64,000 nucleotides of DNA from Porticoccaceae bacterium. Lineage in GTDB: Bacteria; Pseudomonadota; Gammaproteobacteria; Pseudomonadales; Porticoccaceae. Position 1 is the stretch's first letter. Each line of letters starts with the position of its first letter. A program made the translations under genes and the position numbers. The stretch is taken from NCBI GenBank assembly GCA_050289385.1, contig JBNKFQ010000225.1, forward strand, positions 3,601-67,600, written 5' to 3'. The notes beneath the pieces were generated by a model. The model made no database searches. It was not told where the DNA came from and saw only the letters and a list, made by a program, of their open reading frames with translations. This document shows positions 56,500 through 64,000 of the stretch, one piece after another.

Positions 56500-58725
56500 T
56501 TATGACGCCTGCATCAAAACCAGGGCGCGGTTAACGATTTCGTCCACGCTCGGCAGCATCAGATTTGCTGCTTCTGCCAATGGAATAAACGAGTCGTCCG
56601 CTGTAATTCGAGCCAATGGTTTTTTATTACCATGCTCATGAAACAAGGTTACCAGGGCTTCACTTTGCGATCCGGTGCGACGACATTCATCGACAATTAA
56701 TATACGGTCGCAGGTATTTGCCACTTTAATTATTGCTGCTTCATTTAACGGCGCCAACCAGCGCAAATCCATCACCGTACAATGAATACTGTGTTTTTCG
56801 CGCAACACCTGTGCCGCCTGGAAGCTCAGATAATGGCCGTTGCCGTAAGTAATAATACATAGATCATTACCTGTACCCGATACGCCAGGTTCTCCAAATA
56901 CCATTTCCCCGGTACCAGGCGGCTCATAAACCGACATCCACTTGCCATCACCTTCCTTGTACAAATCCCGTGTCATATAAAGAGCAATTGGTTCAATAAA
57001 AATCACCACCCTCTGCTGTTGGTAAGCAAGGGCCACACAGGTACGCAACATCTGAACAGCATCTTTTCCGTTTGACGGACACGCAATAACAACTCCGGGA
57101 ATGTCTCGAAATACGGCCAGAGAATTGTCGTTGTGAAAGTGACCACCAAAGCCTTTTTGATAGGCCAGCCCCGCAATGCGAATCACCATCGGATTGGCAA
57201 ACTGACCATTGGAAAAAAATGGCAAGGTAGCCGCTTCGCCGCGAATCTGGTCTTCAGCATTGTGCACATAGGCAAGAAACTGGATTTCAGGAATCGGCAG
57301 AAATCCGTTTTGCGCCAGGCCAAGGGCCAACCCTAAAATGCTTTGTTCGTCCAACAGCGTGTCGGTAACCCGAGCGCGCCCAAACTTTTGTTGCAACCCT
57401 GCGGTAACGCCGTAAACACCGCCTTTTTTCCCGACATCTTCACCGCACAATACTGTTGAAGGGTACTGCAGCATAATGTCTGCCAATGCGAGATTAACAA
57501 GTCGGGCCATATGCCACGGCTGTGAAAATAATCGTTTGTCTCTGGCAAACTTACCTTTGGCAAACAGGGCATTTCGCTCGGTGGAATCAGGCAACGGTGG
57601 AACAGCACTCGCTGACGGCAAGGGAATCAGTGATGCCTTTACGTCGTCACGAGATTTCAGTTTTGGCCGAAAAATAACCTGCTCTGCCACCCGTGCGATT
57701 CGCTCTTCAACGGCAAGGTAAAGATCACATGTTTCTCGAGGGGTAAGAATACCGTTATCAATCAAAATTCTTGCGCTGTGAAGCAAGGGATCTTGTGCTT
57801 CGATGTCCTCAATCTCTTTGAGACTGCGATAACCGGATTCCACATCGGAACCCGCATGGCCCATCAGGCGAATGGTGCGCGTGTGTAAAAACACCGGTCT
57901 GCGATACTGCCGCGCGTAGCGCTCTGCTTCTGTAGCACCACGCCAGGTATCCAACAGGTTCAAGCCATCACAGTAGATATAATGCAAGCCGGGTCGCCGT
58001 TCAAAATTGGCGCGAATCCACCCGGGGGGCGTTTTTACTGAAATACCTATGCCATTGTCTTCACAGATAAACACAACGGGCATCGGCTGCCTTTGGTAGG
58101 CTGTCCACGCGGCGGTATTGATAGCACCGAGCGCGGTCGAGTGATTGGCAGAAGCATCACCAAAGCTGCAAATGCTGAGCGCATCACCGGGCATTAACGC
58201 ATTCGGGTTGTGCAGCCGCTTTGCCAAACCAATCGCGTGGGCAGCTCCCATGGCTTTTGGCAGATGAGATGCAATCGTGCTGGTCTGTGGTGGCACCAGC
58301 AGGGTTTTACTACCCAATACTTTATGACGGCCACCGGAAACCGGGTCGTCTGCCGATGCAGCAAAAGAGAGCAACATGTCATAGACCGGTGTCTGGCCGG
58401 GAACCTGTCTGCTGCGCTGCACCATGAAGGCCGCACTGCGGTAGTGCAAAAACGCCATATCCCTGTAGCGAAACGCTTTGCCAAATACGGCGTTGCCTTC
58501 GTGACCAGAGCTACCGATGGTGTAATACGCCTCCTCCCTGGCACGCAAGCGCCGGGAGACAATATCCAGATGGCGACTGATTACCTGGCTTTCGAACAAC
58601 TCCGCCACATCACTGTTGCTTAAACCAACATCCGCCGGCGTCAGATCAAACAGTGGCGCCGGCAGGTCTGCCGATTCAACTCGGGCAATAAAATTCTCGT
58701 GGATTATTTCGGCACGATTTTTCAT
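56500..58725 (-). CDS. TPP-dependent 2-oxoacid dehydrogenase E1 component, fused alpha+beta subunits
   Basis: 741 aa. The N-terminal half resembles E1-alpha (TPP-binding GDASANHSTALGAIN), and the C-terminal half resembles E1-beta (transketolase-like pyrimidine-binding and C-terminal domains). No E2 or E3 gene is adjacent. Confidence 0.8.
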   Translation of the reverse strand: MKNRAEIIHENFIARVESADLPAPLFDLTPADVGLSNSDVAELFESQVISRHLDIVSRRLRAREEAYYTIGSSGHEGNAVFGKAFRYRDMAFLHYRSAAFMVQRSRQVPGQTPVYDMLLSFAASADDPVSGGRHKVLGSKTLLVPPQTSTIASHLPKAMGAAHAIGLAKRLHNPNALMPGDALSICSFGDASANHSTALGAINTAAWTAYQRQPMPVVFICEDNGIGISVKTPPGWIRANFERRPGLHYIYCDGLNLLDTWRGATEAERYARQYRRPVFLHTRTIRLMGHAGSDVESGYRSLKEIEDIEAQDPLLHSARILIDNGILTPRETCDLYLAVEERIARVAEQVIFRPKLKSRDDVKASLIPLPSASAVPPLPDSTERNALFAKGKFARDKRLFSQPWHMARLVNLALADIMLQYPSTVLCGEDVGKKGGVYGVTAGLQQKFGRARVTDTLLDEQSILGLALGLAQNGFLPIPEIQFLAYVHNAEDQIRGEAATLPFFSNGQFANPMVIRIAGLAYQKGFGGHFHNDNSLAVFRDIPGVVIACPSNGKDAVQMLRTCVALAYQQQRVVIFIEPIALYMTRDLYKEGDGKWMSVYEPPGTGEMVFGEPGVSGTGNDLCIITYGNGHYLSFQAAQVLREKHSIHCTVMDLRWLAPLNEAAIIKVANTCDRILIVDECRRTGSQSEALVTLFHEHGNKKPLARITADDSFIPLAEAANLMLPSVDEIVNRALVLMQAS

Positions 58726-58739
58726 CTTGTTTTGCTTTT

Positions 58740-58770
58740 GCGTGCGGCGACCGACATGCGACGTGCGACC
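58740..58770. repeat. Copy 2 of the 31-nt heptad-periodic motif (amaB/E1 intergenic)
   Basis: GCGTGCGGCGACCGACATGCGACGTGCGACC. It fills most of the 48-nt gap between the amaB stop and the E1 start. Confidence 0.75.
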
Positions 58771-58773
58771 TTT

Positions 58774-60288
58774 TTAACCGATATCAAACTCTATGCCCTG
58801 TGCCAGCGGCAGCTCGGTCGAATAATTAACCGTGCTGGTCTGACGACGCATATAGGCTTTCCAGGCATCGGAACCTGATTCCCTGCCTCCACCAGTTTCT
58901 TTTTCACCTCCAAACGCACCGCCAATTTCAGCGCCACTGGTGCCAATATTGACGTTGGCAATTCCGCAGTCGCTGCCGGCAGCCGCGACAAAGGTTTCCG
59001 CTTCGCGCACGTCGGTGGTAAAAATCGCCGACGAAAGACCCTGTGGTGCATCGTTTTGACGATGAATAGCTTCATTCAAGTCACTGTACCTGAAGATGTA
59101 GAGTATCGGCGCAAAGGTTTCTTCCCGAACATTGCTTGCTTCACCCGACATCTCAACCAGAGCGGGTTGCACATACCAGGCGTCGGGATAGCGATCGATC
59201 AATAATCGCTGCCCACCGCTTATCTCACCTCCATTACCACGTGCATGCTCAAGAGCGGCTTGCATATTGTTGAACGCCTGTTCGTCTATCAGTGGGCCTA
59301 CCAGGGTGCCGGTTGCCAATGGATCACCAACTGTGACTTTGCTGTAAGCATTTTTCAGTGCGGATATCAGTTGATCGTAAATGTCCTCATGAACAAACAG
59401 GCGGCGTGTGCTGGTGCAACGCTGACCTGCCGTTCCAACCGCACCAAACAAAATAGCGCGCACCGCCATTTCCAGATCCGCTGACGGCGCCACAATAATC
59501 GCATTGTTACCACCCAGTTCGAGGATGGTGCGACCAAAACGCTGCGCCACTCGTGGACCAACAATACGGCCCATGGCGCAACTGCCCGTGGCGCTGATTA
59601 CCGGTACACGTTTGTCATCCACGATTAATTGACCCACCTCGCGGTTGCCGATAAGGAGTTGAGACAAGCCCTGTGGCGCATCTCCGAATTTGGCCAGTGC
59701 CTTGTCCAGCAAAGCCTGGCAAGCCAGTGCCGTCACCGGTGTTTTTTCGGAAGGCTTCCAGATCACACTGTTGCCGCAAACAAACGCCAGAGCAGAATTC
59801 CAGGCCCACACTGCCACCGGGAAATTAAACGCAGAGATCACCCCCACCGGGCCCATCGGATGCCAGTATTCCGACATTTTATGGCCGGGCCTTTCCGAAG
59901 CGATGGTGAGACCATATAGCTGGCGGGAGAGGCCCACGGCAAAATCACATATGTCGATCATTTCCTGGACTTCGCCCAGCCCTTCCTGGTAAATCTTGCC
60001 GCACTCCAGGGACACCAGCGTTCCCAACGCCTCTTTGTGTGCCCGAAGCTCCTCCCCAAACAAACGCACCAGTTCGCCCCGGCGCGGTGCCGGCACTGTG
60101 CGCCACTGTTTAAAAGCCTCGCTCGCGCAGGCTATTTGCTGTTCAACGTCCTCTGCCCTGTGCTGTCTCACCGAACCCATTCTGGATCCGTCCACCGGAG
60201 AAAACACATCGAGATCACCATCGCTGACCGCTTCAATCCCAAGCCCCAACGCTTGCAGGGCCGCGCCTAATTGATCGTGAACACTCAT
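58774..60288 (-). CDS. amaB: Aldehyde dehydrogenase, ALDH7/AmaB-like (piperideine-6-carboxylate / 2-aminoadipate semialdehyde dehydrogenase)
   Basis: 504 aa. The ISAFNFPVAVWAWN and WKPSEKTP motifs and LELGGNNA/Cys region GQRCTS look like ALDH7-family features. Sits next to a lysine dehydrogenase-like gene. Confidence 0.8.
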   Translation of the reverse strand: MSVHDQLGAALQALGLGIEAVSDGDLDVFSPVDGSRMGSVRQHRAEDVEQQIACASEAFKQWRTVPAPRRGELVRLFGEELRAHKEALGTLVSLECGKIYQEGLGEVQEMIDICDFAVGLSRQLYGLTIASERPGHKMSEYWHPMGPVGVISAFNFPVAVWAWNSALAFVCGNSVIWKPSEKTPVTALACQALLDKALAKFGDAPQGLSQLLIGNREVGQLIVDDKRVPVISATGSCAMGRIVGPRVAQRFGRTILELGGNNAIIVAPSADLEMAVRAILFGAVGTAGQRCTSTRRLFVHEDIYDQLISALKNAYSKVTVGDPLATGTLVGPLIDEQAFNNMQAALEHARGNGGEISGGQRLLIDRYPDAWYVQPALVEMSGEASNVREETFAPILYIFRYSDLNEAIHRQNDAPQGLSSAIFTTDVREAETFVAAAGSDCGIANVNIGTSGAEIGGAFGGEKETGGGRESGSDAWKAYMRRQTSTVNYSTELPLAQGIEFDIG

Positions 60289-60318
60289 TGCTCGCCTCTC
60301 ATTGCTATCCGGTTTATA

Positions 60319-61419
60319 TTAAGCGACATCTGCCATCGGACCATTTTCAGCATAAAACCTGCCAAAACGATTTGCCAGAAACTCACTCAATCCGATCTGT
60401 TCCTGTTTTACAAAGCCCCGTTGCGGCAATTTGCCTTCGCACAACAGATCGAGGACAGCGCACACACTGCCCGCAGTTGTAATTTGAATGGCGCTGTGCA
60501 GCTTGCCATTGACTTCCCGCGCATAAATTTTGTTGGCGTAACTCTCTTCCAGCAGACGACCATCTTGCTTTCCGCTGACCGTAACAAACACCAGCACCAC
60601 GTCTTGCATGGTGGCGGGTACCGCGTGCTCCAGCACGTCCTTCAGTACATCGCGGCGCTCGGCAAGACGCAAGTCCTGCAACAGGGTTTTCATAATGTCG
60701 CAATGGCCGGGATAACGGATAGTCTGGTAGCTCAGGTTTCGCACCTTCCCTTGCAGGGTCTCGCTCAGCGTACCAACACCCCCGGATGTATTAAAAGATT
60801 CATAGCGGATGCCATCCAGCGAGAAATGTTCCAGATGCTCCAGCGCGGGTATTTCAATCAACTTGCCATCCACAACCGCGACACATGGTTCAACATACTC
60901 GTTGATGACGCCATCGGTGCTCCAGGTGAGGTTATAGTTGAGTGAGTTGGTAGGGTACTGCGGCAACGCACCGACCCGCATCCGTATGGTGTGTAACTCA
61001 TCAAAATGACCTGCAATATCATTGGCCACGATAGAAATAAAACCCGGGGCCAAACCACACTGGGGAATAAATGCGGTATCGGCACCTTCCGCCAGTTGTT
61101 TAACCAAACGAGTGCTGGCGACATCCTCGGTAAGATCCAGGTAGTGTGCGCCAGCGGCTTTGGTAGCACGAGCGATATAGCTGTTCAGAAAATAAGGGGT
61201 TGCACTGAGTACGGCGAAATGTCCCGACAAAATGTCAGCCAACGCCTTTTCGTCTGTTACGTCGAGCTGAACTCTGGTTAGTTGCGCACGATCGTCGAAG
61301 TAGTCGAGTTGCTCCTGCGATGCATCTATCAGAGTTACACAGTAGTCGTCGGTGGTCAGCAACAGATCCATTATCATCTCACCAATTTTGCCACCACCAA
61401 CCAATGCGATCTTCTTCAT
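60319..61419 (-). CDS. Saccharopine dehydrogenase-family protein, L-lysine 6-dehydrogenase-like
   Basis: 366 aa. N-terminal Rossmann KIALVGGGKIGEMI. PQCGLAPGF and NYNLTWS motifs of the saccharopine reductase/LysDH family. Confidence 0.75.
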   Translation of the reverse strand: MKKIALVGGGKIGEMIMDLLLTTDDYCVTLIDASQEQLDYFDDRAQLTRVQLDVTDEKALADILSGHFAVLSATPYFLNSYIARATKAAGAHYLDLTEDVASTRLVKQLAEGADTAFIPQCGLAPGFISIVANDIAGHFDELHTIRMRVGALPQYPTNSLNYNLTWSTDGVINEYVEPCVAVVDGKLIEIPALEHLEHFSLDGIRYESFNTSGGVGTLSETLQGKVRNLSYQTIRYPGHCDIMKTLLQDLRLAERRDVLKDVLEHAVPATMQDVVLVFVTVSGKQDGRLLEESYANKIYAREVNGKLHSAIQITTAGSVCAVLDLLCEGKLPQRGFVKQEQIGLSEFLANRFGRFYAENGPMADVA

Positions 61420-61551
61420 ATTCCTGTCCTGATAAAATAGATGTCATTCCAAACGTCCAACCAAGCATCGCCCTTTGCCAAGTCAAAATAAAGGGCTACA
61501 ATTCACATATTTACGACCTTTATCATCAAATTAACGAGGTAATTTGTCGAA

Positions 61552-61980
61552 ATGATTGACAACCTTGATCGTCAGTTAATTGCTTTGCTGCGTATGAACG
61601 CTCGCATGCCCACATCCGAGCTGGCGCGTCAGTTGAATATTTCCCGTTCCACTATTCAGAGCCGCCTGAAACGACTGGAAGACAAGCACGTTATCAAGGG
61701 CTATACCGTTGAATTCAACGAGGAGTATGAAAAGCGGTTATTGAAAGCTCACGTGCTAATCAAGGTGGTGCAAAAGCTGACTGGCAAAACCTGGGTGGAA
61801 CTGGCCAGGATGACACAAGTCAGTGCGCTGTATGCCATCAATGGCGAGTATGACATGATTGCAGTAGTGCGGGCAGAGTCCACCGAAGAATTGAATCAGG
61901 TGCTGGATGATATTGCCAACCTGCCCGGAATAGAACGGACCAATTCGTCCGTGCTGTTAGAAACCAAATTTGTAAGGTGA
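61552..61980 (+). CDS. Lrp/AsnC-family transcriptional regulator
   Basis: 142 aa. The HTH LDRQLIALLRMNARMPTSELARQLNISRSTIQSRLKRLE plus a RAM domain. Divergent from the lysine operon. Confidence 0.9.
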   Translation: MIDNLDRQLIALLRMNARMPTSELARQLNISRSTIQSRLKRLEDKHVIKGYTVEFNEEYEKRLLKAHVLIKVVQKLTGKTWVELARMTQVSALYAINGEYDMIAVVRAESTEELNQVLDDIANLPGIERTNSSVLLETKFVR

Positions 61981-62018
61981 CCGTTTGGCTGGGGGTTACT
62001 GCAAGGTGATTCCACACA

Positions 62019-63272
62019 TTAATCAAGGATCTCCACATTACCAACCAGCTTGCCGATATAGTCCCTCAAGGCATCCATTTCTCCAGACAGTCTTAATCGA
62101 ACAATTCCCTCGTGATCAACAATAATGATCGTTGGGTAAGAAGAAACATTCCACTGCGTGAGAAGCGGGTTATCAGGGCCCAGATAAAGATTCACAAAGG
62201 GCATCTCTGTATCTAGCATAAAATCGTGCACATCCCCCACTGCGTCATCCACACTCAGTGTTACGAGCTGGAATGGACGCCCTTTAAATCGTGCAACCAT
62301 TTCGCGGTTTTTTGGAATGGCTTCAATGCAGGGAACACACCAGGTAGCCCAGAAATCGAGCATAACTACCTTACCCTTTAGCTTTGCCAGATCAAACTGG
62401 TTGCCATCCAGATCTTTTGTTACCAGCGTTGGCGCGGGCATACCTGATGCTGCTGCGGACAGACCAGCGATCAATCCTCTCGCAATGGGTCCTATCGAGC
62501 CAATTTCTTTTTTGCCCAGTGGAGTGTAATACTCTGCTTTTACATCAGCATAGCTGGCAATAACGTCCTGAGCCTTTTTTTTAATTTTGTCTCGCAACGA
62601 AGTGATATCTGCGTCGATCCAATAATAAAGCGGGTTCTGACGTTGCTGTGAAGCGGACTTTGTATAGATATTTTGTTCCATCAAATATTCCTGCACACTG
62701 AGACCAAATTCTCGCAACATAATCTGTGTGGTAACCGCCATGTCCCAACTTTGCGCAAGTGCCACCAATGCCGAGCCTCTGGCTCTCCGAGACGGATTTT
62801 TTTCAATAGCGGCCCTGAAATAAGCTTCATATTCTGCTGTCAACGTATCCGGCGGGATTGGGCCAACCAACAAAAGATATAGATCGGGATTTTCGATATG
62901 GTAAGTCGTCAAATAATTGAGTGCTTCCTGCCTGTTTTCCTGTTTTTTTTCACTGTAAAAAACATAAAGTATGGATTTGAACGCGATTTGGTCTTTTGGA
63001 TTATCTCTATAGATTTTTATAAACTTTCTTCGATATTTTTTCAACTGTGGATAATAATGATCTGGTCTTTTCCCTTTTGCCAATAAAATCTCAGCTCGCA
63101 TCTTTTTTTGCCATGCAAAAAAATCCGCTTCTGTGGCATTAAACATATCTTCCCTGGTTACCTGCTTTTCCCCAGCGGTTTTCTCACACGCCAATAAAAG
63201 AATGGCCGCACAAACACACGCTGCGGCCAGCATGAGGACAGCCTGCTTTCTATAAAACAGGATCAGTGTCAT
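62019..63272 (-). CDS. TlpA/redoxin-family thiol:disulfide oxidoreductase lipoprotein with a long N-terminal helical domain
   Basis: Start at MTLILFYRK..., preceded by AAGGAG. Lipobox LLLAC. The C-terminal thioredoxin fold carries FWATWCVPC. Confidence 0.75.
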   Translation of the reverse strand: MTLILFYRKQAVLMLAAACVCAAILLLACEKTAGEKQVTREDMFNATEADFFAWQKKMRAEILLAKGKRPDHYYPQLKKYRRKFIKIYRDNPKDQIAFKSILYVFYSEKKQENRQEALNYLTTYHIENPDLYLLLVGPIPPDTLTAEYEAYFRAAIEKNPSRRARGSALVALAQSWDMAVTTQIMLREFGLSVQEYLMEQNIYTKSASQQRQNPLYYWIDADITSLRDKIKKKAQDVIASYADVKAEYYTPLGKKEIGSIGPIARGLIAGLSAAASGMPAPTLVTKDLDGNQFDLAKLKGKVVMLDFWATWCVPCIEAIPKNREMVARFKGRPFQLVTLSVDDAVGDVHDFMLDTEMPFVNLYLGPDNPLLTQWNVSSYPTIIIVDHEGIVRLRLSGEMDALRDYIGKLVGNVEILD

Positions 63273-63323
63273 AGACTCCTTCAAAAATAACGCCACAGGC
63301 ATAAATCTGTGGCGTTACCGTTA

Positions 63324-64000
63324 TTATTTTCTGTCGCCAAATTGATAAGTCAATTCCAGACCAATCGTTCGCGGGCGAATTGAAGAAACTCGCGCAGCCA
63401 GATCAGCACCCGGTGCACCAGTTGCATTAACCGGAAACACTTGCAAATAGGGGCGCTCGTCTGTGAGATTGTCGATATATAACTTTAGCATCCAGCTGTT
63501 AAAAATCGCCCCGGCAGACGCATTTACTACGTCCTGATCGGGGATAGGAACGATACCGTCATTGCCATTGAATCCTTCCGTTGTCGTATTGTCCTTGTGC
63601 CAATAATTTGCGCGCACAAATCCGGTGACATTATTAGCGGGTTTAAACTCGTAGCCAATATCTACCGACCATGTGTTTTTTGGCGTGCGGCGCAATTTTT
63701 CACCGGCCTGTATCAACGGTTCCCGGTTAACCGGCATAAATACTATCGCGTCTTCTTTAAATTCATTTGTCGTGTAAGCGTAAGTCAGGGCTCCATAAAA
63801 CCCTTCAACCAGTAAATCCTGCGACTTTAGCTCCAGCTCAAAACCTTTTGCTTCAAGACTGGGGGCATTGGTGGTAAATGCAAAATCCTCACTTTCATTA
63901 CGCACAACTGTCTGAATATCTTTCCAGTCCATGTAGTAGATTGAACCGTTAAAGATTACCCGCCCATCCACCAATACCGACTTAAAACCAAGTTCGTAAT
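63324..64000 (-). CDS. TonB-dependent receptor, C-terminal barrel portion (5' part lies beyond the window)
   Basis: The frame is open to the window edge. Beta-strand alternation ends in ...GLELTYQFGDRK, with the typical TBDR barrel pattern (YIDNLTDERP...). Confidence 0.75.
   Translation of the reverse strand, partial: YELGFKSVLVDGRVIFNGSIYYMDWKDIQTVVRNESEDFAFTTNAPSLEAKGFELELKSQDLLVEGFYGALTYAYTTNEFKEDAIVFMPVNREPLIQAGEKLRRTPKNTWSVDIGYEFKPANNVTGFVRANYWHKDNTTTEGFNGNDGIVPIPDQDVVNASAGAIFNSWMLKLYIDNLTDERPYLQVFPVNATGAPGADLAARVSSIRPRTIGLELTYQFGDRK

Noticed and set aside
60271-60945. 224-aa + strand ORF over the LysDH-like gene, and 2700-3485 (-) over recG
   Set aside because: They are antisense to genes with clear family motifs and have no motifs of their own.
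1-64000. Prophage, transposon, genomic-island or defence-system content
   Set aside because: I saw no integrase, transposase, recombinase, restriction-modification, toxin-antitoxin or phage structural genes in any frame. No flanking tRNA or direct repeats bracket the polyene cluster, so mobility cannot be claimed from this window.

Overview
This is a gammaproteobacterial chromosomal window of about 50% GC. The oxyR-recG synteny resembles Pseudomonas and marine Oceanospirillales/Cellvibrionales. It is densely coding, and I saw no rRNA, tRNA, CRISPR array, transposase, integrase or prophage genes. Housekeeping content includes oxyR-recG, ubiC-ubiA, slyD, nhaA, glsA and several transporters. Phosphate genes are unusually concentrated: DUF47-PiT, phoB-phoR and pstSCAB-phoU, with readable Pho boxes upstream of phoB and pstS. 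The main accessory feature is a ~16.4 kb, 18-gene, translationally coupled operon on the minus strand (19543-35921), with a divergent Sfp-type PPTase next to it. By gene content it is an aryl-polyene (APE)-type type II PKS/FAS-like pigment-lipid cluster: 2 KS, a CLF-like protein, KR, DH, 2 ACPs, an AMP-ligase, a thioesterase, a LolA-like protein, an MMPL exporter and DUF3261. It also carries a MIO-type aromatic ammonia-lyase, a flavin-halogenase-like protein, a GT2 and two acyltransferases. Other notable loci are an ECF41 sigma operon with a near-consensus ECF41 promoter, and a lysine 6-dehydrogenase/amaB operon extended by a fused E1 alpha/beta TPP enzyme and a FabD-like acyltransferase. The least explained signal is non-coding. 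Three long hairpins (oxyR upstream, between phoB and phoR, and at the phoR 3' end) have arms built from tandem heptanucleotides that end in AAC when read away from the loop. There is also a ~173 bp nested palindrome and a 31-nt motif present twice. All functional calls come from reading the translations (motifs and remembered family features). No database search was possible.
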